From Octopus sinensis (lineage: Eukaryota), in NCBI RefSeq assembly GCF_006345805.1, contig NC_043000.1:129332001-129396000 (forward strand): a stretch of 64,000 bases of DNA, written 5' to 3'. Of the stretch, positions 24,578 through 35,609 are shown piece after piece. The notes below the pieces were generated by a model, which saw nothing but the letters and a program-made list of their open reading frames with translations, was not told the origin of the DNA and searched no databases. How positions within the stretch are numbered: the first letter of the stretch is position 1; each line of letters opens with the position of its first letter. The translations under genes and the position numbers were made by a program.

Positions 24578-25296
24578 TAGTGACAACTACAAAGTCTTCG
24601 GCAGTAATAACTTCTGCAACAATAATGGTTACGCTTGTGGATGTGTGGTAAGAAACTTGCTTCCCGACTACATGGTTCCAGGTTCAGTCCCACTGTGTGG
24701 AACCTTGGGCAAGTGACTTCTATTATAGTTTTGGGCTGACCATAGCCTTCTGAGTGGATTTGGTAGATGGAAACTGAAAGAAGCCCATCGTGTATATCCA
24801 GCTGTAAAAATCCTGCCAAATTAGTCACAGAAGTCTGGTGCAGGCGGCTTCAGCCTAGTCGTCTCTTGTGGTACCATCTCACTCATGCTAGTACGGAACA
24901 TGGACATGATGATGATGATGATGATGATGATGATATATATATATATATAAAAAATAAATAAATAAATTAATTAATTAATAAACAAAATAATATATAAATA
25001 TAAAAATATACATACATATATATATATATATATTTGTATATATATATTTAAAATTTATAAGTTTAAATTATTTTAATAATTTTTTTTTAACTTTTATATT
25101 TTTAAATTCATTTTATGTATTTGCTTATGTTTTTCACTGTTTGATTTGCCTAATAGTGGTTTTATCTGTAATTTAATATAATATAATATAATATATTTAT
25201 ACTATAAAATTGGATTTAATCCTAAATCTAATTTTTCCCTGTAAGTTTGGATTTATCCCTGATATTATTATTATTATATATATATATATATATGTA

Positions 25297-25336
<40 letters not shown>

Positions 25337-25689
25337 ATTGTGTGTATATGTGTGTGTATAAATATATGTTTGTGTTTGTGTGTGTTATTATGAGACTGTA
25401 TTTGTCCCCCACCACCACTTGGCAACTGGTGTTGGTGTGTTTATGTCCCCAGTAACTTACAAGTTTGACAAAAAGGACCAATAGAATAAGTACCAGGCTT
25501 AAACAAATAAGAACAGGGGTCAATCCATTTGGCTAAAATTCTCCAAGGTGGTGCCCCAGCATGGCCACAGTCTTATAACTGAATCAAGTAAAAGACAAAA
25601 GACACAAGAACCATCACAATAACCACAGAATCATTAGTGACGATAATCTTTTCTACTCTAGGCACAAGGCCTGAAAATTTGGGGGCGGG

Positions 25690-26240
25690 GGCCAGTCAAT
25701 TAGAACAATCCCAGTATGCAACTGGTACTTAATTTATCGACCCTGAAAGGATGAAAGGCAAAGTCAACCTCGGTGGAATTTGAACTCAGACGAAATGCCT
25801 CTAACCATTTCAACTGGCGTACTAACGTTTCTTATTTCTTTATTGCCCACAAGGGGCTAAACAAGGACAGACAAAGGGATTAAGCCGATTACATCGACCC
25901 CAGTGTGTAACTGGTACTTAATTTATCGACCCCGAAAGGATGAAAGGCATAGTCGACTTCAGCGGAATTTGAACTCAGAACTTAGCAGCAGACGAAATGC
26001 CTATTTCTTTACTACCCACAAGGGGCTAAACATAGAGGGGACAAACAAGGACAGGGACAGACAAAGGGATTAAGTCGATTACACCGACCCCAGTGCATAA
26101 CTGGTACTTAATCTATTGACCCAAAAAGGATGAAAGGCAAAGTTGACCTCGGCGGAATTTGAACTCAGAACGTAGCGGCAGATGAAATACCACTAAGCAT
26201 TTCGCCCAGCGTGCTAACGTTTCCGCCAGCTCGCTGCCTT
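25690..26240 (-). mobile_element. three-unit head-to-tail array of family C SINEs
   Basis: Units joined at taacgtttct|tatttcttt (~25832) and gacgaaatgc|ctatttcttt (~26000). Confidence 0.85.
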
Positions 26241-26690
26241 TGTTAATGACATCAATAAGCAACAACAGCAACAACAACAGCAAAAACCATACTAATTGCC
26301 ATAAAGACTACAACAACAAAAGCAGCAATTGTAATAACCAACACAAAAATTGCGTCTACAACAACAATGACAACAACCATAAAACAACCATAAGGACAAA
26401 TACAAAACAGTAACAACAACAACAACTGTAATAAACACTACAAAAAGCAACAATAATAACAGCAACAAAAAGCAACAATAATTGTAGTTACAACAACAAT
26501 ATTGATTATTTATAAGTGCAAGGAATGGTTGTGTGGTTAGGGGTCTCTCTTTGCAGCCATATCGTTCCAGGTTCAGTCCCTCTGTGAGGCATCTTGGGCC
26601 AGCAGTACTTTTTGCTTTAACCCAGAACTGACCAATTCCTTGTGAGTGAATTTAGTAGATGGAAACTATGTGGAAGCCCAGTGTTTATGC

Positions 26691-26726
<36 letters not shown>

Positions 26727-27889
26727 ATATGTGTGTTTGTGTGAATGTTTGTGTTTGTCCCACCACCACCACCACCACCACCACCACTCTCTTTTAAAAT
26801 ATGAGTAATGTAGCTCCTCTGAAGCAAGAGACCCATTCTGTTCTGGCACTTTCTTGCATACTTTTGTGGTCTTTTGCCCATCATCTGTTAGTATAACATT
26901 GCACTGTTGGGGTTTGCAGTCTTGCAAACTGTATGATGGCCACATCAGTGCAGAAAAAAGAAAAAGCACCTTGTACACACCGTAAAGTGGTTGGTTTTAG
27001 GTAGGTGGTGGGTGGGGTGGGCATTTAACCATAGGAACTGTGCCGAAGCATAAACTGGAGCATGCCAGAGTCCTTTGACCTATCAAATCCTGTCAGAGTC
27101 CAACACATGCAAATATGTAACAGGGATGTTAAATAATGATGGTGAGGAGAACGGGGATGATGATGATGATGATGACAACGACGTTGATGATGATGATAGT
27201 GATGATGATGATGATGAGAACGATGATGGTAATAACAATGATCACACACACACACACACACACATACAAATGTATGCATGGATTTTAACTCTGAGATTGG
27301 GTGGTGAATTGTCTCCTTCAACAAAACATTTAATTTCATTTTCTTCTTGTAAAAATCAGCTGAGAATGAGCACTTTTGGCGTTTTGGAGTTAACCCTGTG
27401 ACACACCAGCGTCCAGTTCAGTGGTCAGCTTATAGTCTCAACCTAAATGCTTTGAAAATTTAAATCAAGCTCTGGCTTCATGCACCTGTAGTTTTGAGGT
27501 AGCTTTTTTTCATATCTATACCTGCATCGTCATCATCATCATCACCATCCCCACCACCACCGCCACCACCACCACCACCAGTGGCACGTAAAAGCACTCA
27601 CTACACTCTCGGAGTGGTTGGCGTTAGGAAGGGCATCCAGCCGTAGAAACTCTGCTAGATCAGATTGGAGCCTGGTGCAGCCATCTGGTTCGCCAGTCCT
27701 CAGTCAAATCGTTAAATGGGGTGATAGTGCTAAGCAGTGAGGTGTATAATTAGACTGATAACAAGTTAGTAGTTTCGCTTTTGGATTTGGTTTGCAAGAT
27801 TCTTTATGTGAATTCGTGTGTTGAAGCATATTCTGTTGTGTCGGGGGAGAGTCATTTTCTTTTTGTCTTATCAGTAAAACTTCCATTTA

Positions 27890-28265
27890 TTTCTTATAAG
27901 GATGTTTGCAAAAGGGATATGAAGGCCTGCAACATCAATATTAGCGGTTGGGAGGCAGTTGCCGGCAACCGTGGAGAATGGCGACGTACAGTAAAAGAGG
28001 GAATACAAAAGAGTGACAGAGAGAGAGAGGAGAAATGGAAAGAAATGAAGAGACGTAAACAAGAGACTATGGCACTACAACCAGCCAGGAACAGTCTTCG
28101 CTACATTTGCGGTACCTGCCAGAGGGTGTGTTTGTCCAGGATAGGACTACACAGCCACAGCAGGAAATGTATCAGGACATGAAATATAAAAGCCGGACTA
28201 GACTACTTCATGCGCAACTCCATTGTCTCCCGAGACAGAAAGGATGCCAATACAATACAATTTGC
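27890..28265 (+). mobile_element. 3' fragment of a second RTE family (BovB-like)
   Basis: YKDVCKRDMKACNI...WRRTVKEG...ICGTCQRVCLSRIGLHSHSRKC, a terminal C2H2-like motif, followed by an (aatac)n tail. Confidence 0.8.
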
Positions 28266-29898
28266 CTAAAACTTTCGTTGCGTCTGGCAACCTTAAAAAT
28301 ACAAGGGGAAATAACTCTAGATTTCTTTTTATGATTAAAGTTCTTGGTAATATTGCGCAGCTATCCTGTTCCATGTTGAGATACGTTCACTAAGCAGATG
28401 ATTCGGAAGGAATCTATCCTAAGCAACATATTCATGTTACATAAACTGTGAAATTAGTGTCACAATATTAAGTGAGACACAATCGTTGTATGCTGATGAG
28501 TGAGTCGCAAAGTAAATGAGAAGACCACATTTTTGGTATAGATACTAGAATTATTTAAATGTAAATTGGGAAATTTTTGCTTACAGGTAACATTTCACTT
28601 GCATTTAAATATCAAATCACCTAGTGACGAAATATCTAAAATACACGTATAAAATGTGGTTGAAACCTAAGAGCAAAAACAATAATCTAATAGGTTTTAT
28701 TTATTTTTGTTTTGCAGCACATATGTTGTCTATCAAGATTTTAGCAACTTAAAATTCATTTCTGATGCTAAAAAAAGTTTCTGATTCTGATTCAGAGAAT
28801 AAATTACTTAATGAAACTATCTGCAGGAAAATCAGTATTATTGTATATATTTCAAACAGGAAGCAAAATAAAGCTAACTAAAATGATAATGTGGAGAAGT
28901 AACTCAAATTGTTAATGTATTTCAGTGTCAATCTATTTCAGCAAGTACACTGAAGTCTATGTTTTGCTAATGAGGTCATAATAAAGCTGAAGCATGTTGT
29001 TTTTTGTACTTGCTGACGTAATTAAAATAATATTGCTTTTTGGCCTCACCACATATTTTTACTAAGTCCTGCAAACTTAACTATTATTTGTTATGCAGAT
29101 GATGTCTCTAAGTAATTTATTCTTTAAGCAGTTCAAGTTTTCTTCATCAATTAGTGTATGCTCTCGTATATTTCTTTCACACTTCTCTCATCATTTGTTC
29201 AGTGAGTCTATACTGTGCTGATGAAGATTTAGCATGACTTAAATATGTCCAGAGTTGATTAGAGTAATTAAAATAGTATTAATAAGTTACTGATATTGTT
29301 TCCTCATTGTGTAAATGTTTCTAGTTAGCTTTTAGAAGCTTGCTTCATTAATTATGTTAAAATTAACTTAAAATGAAATAATAGGCTTAACATTTGGCAT
29401 CCAGAAGATTGGTTTCACTTGTCAATGGTACATTATGTTATCCTTTCTCCTTCGAATTTCCCTATACTACAGCAACAGCCAACCACAATCTTCAGATATC
29501 TTGACAGAAGCTCCCTAATGACAGTCCATTGGCTGAGAAAATCCAGACCTGGATCAGGCAAACTCCTGCATTTATTGGGAGGCTAAGGAAAAAGATCTTT
29601 CTAAATAAACATCTTAGTGATTATACTAAAGTCTGTTTATATTCAAACATGAAATGGATTATGTCATGAAGACTGAATCACATTAGACCTACAGAAGAGA
29701 CTTTTAGACTATACTTTTAGACATCTATATATGAATGTATATATATATATACATATATATAATTTAAATAATGAAGGTGATAAACTGAATATTAATTTAA
29801 TTAACATCAATTTAAAACCAGTGGCCTAGCATATAGAAAAATCTGAAAATTCATATATACACACACACACACACACACACATATATATGTGTGTGTGT

Positions 29899-29941
<43 letters not shown>

Positions 29942-30150
29942 CTTATAAGTAAGGGCTAAAGAAAATTATTTCAATGCCAATATGCTGATAACAGACTATT
30001 AAATCGTCAATTTCCACATATAATTTACTCGCTACAGAAAAAAACCGAAGAACTGAAATAGGGCAAGAATTTTTAAAAAGTTCGTTATTTCTATATTGAA
30101 TCAATTTTGGAATTAATCTCATAAAAGATTCATTTCCTCTTCAGTACTCT

Positions 30151-30186
30151 TATTCTGTACTACATTCTTAACAAAATATATCATAG

Positions 30187-30220
<34 letters not shown>

Positions 30221-30256
30221 CTATGATATATTCTGTTAAGAATGTAGTACAGTATA
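30151..30256. repeat. palindrome of 40-bp arms centred on a (TA)n tract
   Basis: 30151-30190 is the reverse complement of 30217-30256 with 2 mismatches. Confidence 0.9.
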
Positions 30257-30402
30257 AAGCTCGTCCACCTTCAGATTTACTCTGTGCTCTGTAGTAGTAG
30301 TATTGTACGTACTTTCAGGTTTGCATTTGGGTATCTGTCGTGTGTGAGTAGAGAGGATGTTCTTGAAGCCAAGGATTTTGAACTTACGGAGACAATATTT
30401 AC

Positions 30403-30512
30403 ATATCACCTGAGGAAACACGACTAGATCTCATAATACAAGGAAGCAATTACATAATTAAGTATCTACATGCCTCGAGAACTATTTTGTTTGGAAACAA
30501 TTGTAGGGATTA
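30403..30512 (+). ncRNA. degenerate hammerhead-like motif
   Basis: AUAUCAC-CUGAGGA...UGUUUG-GAAA-C-AAUU-GUA-GGGAUU has the same junction as 19529-19640, but with a mismatch in stem I and a broken base of stem II. Confidence 0.45.
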
Positions 30513-31093
30513 AAAAATAAATGTCCAACCACACTCCTTCTTGTTGACTCCAATTTTTTAAAATTTGTATATATGTAAGGATCATCATCATCATCATCAT
30601 CATCATTCAATGTCCGTTCTCCATGCTAGCATGGGTTGGACGGTTCGACCGGGGATCTGGGAAGCCAGAAGGCTGCACCAGGCTCCAGTCTAATCTGGCA
30701 ATGTTTCTACAGCTGGATGCCCTTCCTAACGCCAACCACTCCGTGAGTGTAGTGGGTGCTTTTTACGTGCCACCTGCACAGGTGCCAGGCGAGGCTAGCA
30801 ACGGCCACGGTCGGATTGGTGTATTTTATGTGCCACCGGCACGGAAGCCAGTCGAGGCGGCGTTGGCATCGGCCACGAGTCGGATGGTGCTTTTTACGTA
30901 CCACCAGACCAGGGATCCTGGCTGGTTCAATTCGGTTTCGATTTCGATTTCACTTGCCCCAACATGTCTTCGCAAGCAGGGGGGAGGGGGTTGGCATGGG
31001 TGCCTGTCGTCGGATGAGGTTCTATATCGACTTCGCTTGCCTCAACAGGTTTTTGTGTCCAAGGGAGGAAAGGCATTCATAAGTGGGCTGGGC

Positions 31094-31730
31094 TCACTTG
31101 TCCTGCCTGGTCTTCTCATGTACAGAATATTTCCAAAGGTCTCGGTCGCTGGTCATTTCCTCAGTGAGGCCTAAAGTTCGAAGGTCGTGCTTCACCACCT
31201 CGTCCCAGGTTTTCCTGGGTCTACCTCTTCCATAGGTTCCCTCAACTGCTAGGGATTGGCACTTTCTCACACACCTATCTTCATCCATTCTCGCCACATG
31301 ACCATACCAGCGCAATCGTCTCTCTTGCACACCACAACTGATGCTTCTTAGGTACAACATTTCTCTCAAGGTGCTAACGCTCTGTCGAGTATGTACACTG
31401 ACATTACACATCCATCGGAGCATACTGGCTTCATTCCTCACGAGCTTACGCATGTCCTCAGCAGTCACGGCCCATGTTTCACTGCCATGTAGCATGGCTG
31501 TTTGTACACACGCATCATACAGTCTGCCTTTTACTCTGAGCGAGAGGCCTTTAGTCACCAGCAGAGGTAAGAGCTCCCTAAACTTTGCCCAGGCTATTCT
31601 TATTCTAGCAGTTACACTTTCAGCGCACCCACCCCCACTACTGACTTGGTCACCTAGATAACGGAAGCTATCAACTACTTCTAGTTTTTCCCCCTGGAAA
31701 GTGACGGAAGTTGTTTTCTGCAGATTTTCT
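31094..31730 (-). pseudogene. RTE LINE ORF C-terminal part in a second frame
   Basis: EVVDSFRYLG...RIRIAWAKFREL...LHGSETW...RLRWYGH...GRGRPRKTW is the standard RTE C-terminus. It overlaps the end of the upstream ORF. Confidence 0.85.
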
Positions 31731-34190
31731 GCCACATACAAAAACTATCTTCCCAGTTAGCCTACCTTTGACATTGCTGCACCTCATATGTGTCCATAGC
31801 TTACACTGGGTACATCTTATAGAGTTTCTACCTACACCTTTTCTACAGATCGAGCAGGGCCATCTTCCTGAAGACATTTGTGGATTGTCTACCTTCCTAC
31901 TTATTAGTTCTTTGGTTTTAGCTAGGTTGACTCTAAGGCCCCTCGATTCTAAACCCTCCTTCCACACCTGGAACTTCTCCTCCAGTTCTGATAGTGACTC
32001 AGCAATAAGAGCAAGGTCGTCAGCGTAGAGGAGCTCCCAGGGACAACCTGTCTTGAATTCCTCTGTAATTGCCTGGAGTACTATGATAAATAGGAGGGGG
32101 CTGAGTACTGAACACTGGTGGACCCCAACCTCTACTTTGAATTCTTCTGTGTACATGTTGCCAACCCTAACCTTACTTACGGCATCTCTGTACATGGCTT
32201 GCACAGTCCTCACCAGCCATTCATCTATCCCTAGTTTCCTCATTGACCACCAGATAAGGGATCGGGGGACCCTATCAAAAGCTTTCTCCATGTCAACGAA
32301 AGCCAGGTACAGGGGCTTATCTTTGGCTAGGTATTTCTCCTGCAGCTGCCTTACCAGGAATATAGCATCAGTGGTACTTTTCCCTGGCACGAACCCAAAC
32401 TGCATCTCATCTAAACTAACTCTCTCTCTAATTAGTTGGGCTATGACCCTCTCCGTAACCTTCATTACTTGATCCAGCTTGATACCTCTGTAATTATTTG
32501 TATCTAGGGCATCACCTTTACCTTTGTAGCAGTTGACTAGTATGCTGCTGCACCAGTCATTGGGTATGACTCCTTCATGTATCACCTGGTTGACTATACG
32601 GGTGACTAGGTTATAGCTGACACTGCCAGATATTTTGAGCATCTCTGCAGTAATTCCTGATGGGCCTGGGGCTTTCCCTGTCTTCATGCTTCTAATTGCC
32701 TTAGCTACCACGGCACAATCAACTCGGATAGCTGGTCCCTCTGTTGGGTCAACATTCGGCAGACTCTCTTTATCCCATTCATTTTCTTTATTCAGCAACC
32801 TTTCATAGTGGCATCTCCAAACCTCTCTCTTTGCATCCTCATTTAGCGCAAGTGAACCATCATCCATGCGAACACACTTCTCTCCTACCACATCACGATT
32901 CTCTCTCACACACTGTCTTGCAACACGAAATACCTCAAGTCTTTCATCCTCACGGCTCAGAACATTGGCAAATTTTTTCTTATCCGCTTCCCCTCTGGCT
33001 AAATAAACCTGTCTCCTAGCTTCCCTTCTGGCTGTCTGATACAATTCCCTGCTACCACCGTTCTTCCAGTCCTTCCAAGCCTGTCTCTTTTGTCTAATAG
33101 CCCTGTCAACCACAGTGTTCCACCACCATGTTACTCTGGGTCGAGATGGTACTTTGCTCCATCCACAGATCTGGTCAGTGGCTGTCAGCAGATTGTCCCG
33201 TAGAAATCTCCAGTTGCTTTCCACATTAAGTGAAGCTATATCCACTTCTATTTCGTCAAAGGCTTCGAGTAGTATGTCTCTAAATCTCTGTCCATTTGCA
33301 GGATCTTTAAGCTTCCAGACCCTTCTCCTCCAAGCAGGTCCTCTTCTGGGCAACCATTTAGCTCTGATCCTGAAGTCACTAACTACTAATCTATGTTGAG
33401 GAGTACATTCTTCGCCTGGAAAGGTTTTGGCATTTATAAGCAGCCCTCTTTCCCTTTTTCTGGCAAGGATGTAGTCAATCTGGCTAGTGTGTCTGCCAGA
33501 ACGGTAGGTGACTAGGTGAGAGGTGGGTTTCCTGAAGTTGGTATTGCAGACCATAAGGTCATTTGCATCACAGAACTCCAGCAGCCTGGTTCCCTCCTCA
33601 TTACGAGAGCCAAAACCGTAGCCTCCATGAACGCCATGGAAGCCCCCGACATGCCGTCCAACATGTCCATTGAAATCACCTGCCACGAAGAGAAGGTCAC
33701 TGTCATTTGTCAACGAGGTAGTCCGCAATAGGGTGTCATAGAATTGGTCTTTTTGACCTTCCGGTAGCCCTGGTTGAGGGGCATATGCCGAGATGATAGT
33801 AGCTGACCTATGGTGAAGCACTAATCTAATCTTAAGTACTCTATCACTTACTCTGACTACCTCGATTACCTTATCTACCCATTTCTCTGCAAGAAGTATA
33901 CCCACGCCCCCGACCCCGTCAGTGTTCCCTACCCAGAAAATCTTGTACCTGTGTTCCTTGCCTGTGAGTAGCCTAGCGGAGCCTCCTCTCCACCTTACTT
34001 CCTGGATGCAGCATAAATCCACACGCCTCCGTTCAAGCAGCTCAACAATCTCTCCAGACCTACCTTTCAATGTGCCAACATTGAGTGTGCCAACTCTGAG
34101 GGTGTGGGAGGTGTGGGCCTCTGAGACCCTGGGATGAGGGACAGCAATGTCATGTACCTGAAAAGAAAGCTTGCATTTGCCAGATTTCAT
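31671..34190 (-). CDS. RTE LINE endonuclease-reverse transcriptase ORF, 5' part (839 aa, ends out of frame)
   Basis: ORF track. Contains APE, RT and a Cys-rich WPCSICRKGVGRNSIRCTQCKLWTHMRC finger. Frame break near 31730. Confidence 0.85.
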   Translation of the reverse strand: MKSGKCKLSFQVHDIAVPHPRVSEAHTSHTLRVGTLNVGTLKGRSGEIVELLERRRVDLCCIQEVRWRGGSARLLTGKEHRYKIFWVGNTDGVGGVGILLAEKWVDKVIEVVRVSDRVLKIRLVLHHRSATIISAYAPQPGLPEGQKDQFYDTLLRTTSLTNDSDLLFVAGDFNGHVGRHVGGFHGVHGGYGFGSRNEEGTRLLEFCDANDLMVCNTNFRKPTSHLVTYRSGRHTSQIDYILARKRERGLLINAKTFPGEECTPQHRLVVSDFRIRAKWLPRRGPAWRRRVWKLKDPANGQRFRDILLEAFDEIEVDIASLNVESNWRFLRDNLLTATDQICGWSKVPSRPRVTWWWNTVVDRAIRQKRQAWKDWKNGGSRELYQTARREARRQVYLARGEADKKKFANVLSREDERLEVFRVARQCVRENRDVVGEKCVRMDDGSLALNEDAKREVWRCHYERLLNKENEWDKESLPNVDPTEGPAIRVDCAVVAKAIRSMKTGKAPGPSGITAEMLKISGSVSYNLVTRIVNQVIHEGVIPNDWCSSILVNCYKGKGDALDTNNYRGIKLDQVMKVTERVIAQLIRERVSLDEMQFGFVPGKSTTDAIFLVRQLQEKYLAKDKPLYLAFVDMEKAFDRVPRSLIWWSMRKLGIDEWLVRTVQAMYRDAVSKVRVGNMYTEEFKVEVGVHQCSVLSPLLFIIVLQAITEEFKTGCPWELLYADDLALIAESLSELEEKFQVWKEGLESRGLRVNLAKTKELISRKVDNPQMSSGRWPCSICRKGVGRNSIRCTQCKLWTHMRCSNVKGRLTGKIVFVCGRKSAENNFRHFPGGKTRSS

Positions 34191-34352
34191 ACTGAGACTC
34201 TAGACTACAACCTGCATACATTTCACAGTTTTTGCGCTATATGATCACAATAAAACCTACATAGGGGTGTGGGGGGGGAGTCAAGAAAGGTAGAAAGGTA
34301 GAAAAAAGAAACTTCCGGTTCTGGTGGAGGGGTGGGAGGGCGGGGTCACCTC

Positions 34353-35039
34353 GAAGGAACAACAGGTTTAAGTTAATTCGTAGGGGAATTTCTGCAACAG
34401 AAATTACTGAACATCTAGAAACTTCGGGAATCGAGTAAAACATAATATAAATAGGAGAGAGAGAGAATATTTTGTAGTGAATTCTGGGAATGGAATAATA
34501 ACGGGATGACACTGAAATTAAAGGAGGAATTTAAAATGCATGATCTTAAGACAGACAGGAGGCCATGTATACAAGATGGCGAAATAAATAATAGAGAAAC
34601 GGGATTTAGGGTGACGAATCAACGCTTAAAAAATATGAATATGAATGACAGGTTGTAAGTTAAGTTCGCTTAGCTGGTCATTTTTTGGAGTCAGTGTTTT
34701 GTCAGCAAGATGTAGAATCGAGAAGAGGGACGAGATAAATCGAACACTGCTTTATAAAGAGTTAGGGATTGGGGGGGGGGTTATCAGGTGGCAGCATGAG
34801 GAAAGAGAGGGGGGGAGGGGGAGAAAGAGAGAGAGAGAGCTAAGGAACAACAGGTTTAATTCGTAGGGAATTTTCTGCAACAGAAATTACTGAACATCTA
34901 GAAACTTCGGGGTTCGAGTAGAACGTAATATAAATAAGAGAGAGAGAAAATATTTTGTAGGGAATTTTGGGGTAAAGGAATAACAACGAAGGAACAATAG
35001 GTTTTAAGTTAATACGTAGGGAATTTTCTGCAACAGAAA
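34353..35039 (-). repeat. ~147-bp monomer repeats in the LINE 5' region
   Basis: Copies at about 34353-34502, 34841-34987 and partial 34988-35039, all sharing ggaacaacaggttta..cgtagggaatt.tctgcaacagaaa. Confidence 0.85.
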
Positions 35040-35194
35040 GATATATATATATATATATATATAGATTCAGCAAAATTTAGATTTAAATGAATATGGTACT
35101 TAAGTTAAAGGCATCAGAATTTTGTATGGTATTATCCATATAAATCAAATGGGGTGATTATAATCAAAATAAGCAACAAGGATATCCAAGGTAG

Positions 35195-35283
35195 AGTAGT
35201 ACAATTGTTTCATGCTACTTCATTTTATTAAGCACTGTAAGTTATTTTATCAGTTTTAAAATGTCGAGCAATCTTCAGCCACT
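35195..35283 (-). ncRNA. hammerhead motif in the left arm of the inverted repeat
   Basis: AGUGG-CUGAAGA-UUGCU..AGCAU-GAAA-C-AAUU-GUA/CUACU. 5-bp stem I, extended stem II with a U-U first pair. Confidence 0.6.
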
Positions 35284-35448
35284 GATAGAATTTTCCAATT
35301 AAACGAACAGACGGAGAGTGAACATACTACTATCATGTTCTTAAGATTGAAATCAACTTCTCTGTCTAAATATCTACCCCCTTTATAATGTTGGCAAATG
35401 AAATAGGGATAAGAATGTGCATTGTTCGTTTAACTTGAAAATTCTATA

Positions 35449-35536
35449 AGTGGCTGAAGATTGCTCGACATTTTAAAACTGATGTAATACTTACAGTGTT
35501 TAATAAAATGAAGTAGCATGAAACAATTGTACTACT
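35449..35536 (+). ncRNA. hammerhead motif in the right arm of the inverted repeat
   Basis: CUGAAGA at 35454-35460, GAAA at 35520-35523, AAUU loop, GUA at 35529-35531, and stem I AGUGG/CUACU. Confidence 0.6.
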
Positions 35537-35566
35537 CTACCTTGGATATCCTTGTTGCTTGTTTTG

Positions 35567-35609
<43 letters not shown>

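Larger units (their letters stand above)
30581..35040 (-). mobile_element. near full-length RTE-clade LINE (APE + RT), frameshifted
   Basis: Single long ORF with APE motifs (GTLNVGTL, CIQEVRW, GDFNGHVG, DYIL) and RT motifs (AFVDMEKAFDRV, LLYADD). 3' UTR ends in (GAT)n. Repeat-containing 5' region extends to a (TA)n tract at 35041. Confidence 0.92.
35159..35572. repeat. inverted repeat, ~150-bp arms with a 113-bp spacer, ending in (TA)n
   Basis: 35159-35309 is the reverse complement of 35423-35572 with about ten differences. Confidence 0.92.

Noticed and set aside
24298-24828. 176-aa ORF with poly-Gly/Val/Ala and its 88-aa antisense poly-Thr/Pro ORF
   Set aside because: Made of (CCA)n/(GCA)n tracts plus a SINE head. 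No splice or homology support.
30623-31174. 183-aa plus-strand ORF over the LINE 3' UTR (similar peptides at 12700, 41259, 42483)
   Set aside because: Antisense translation of a dispersed repeat. The same peptide appears wherever the repeat does.
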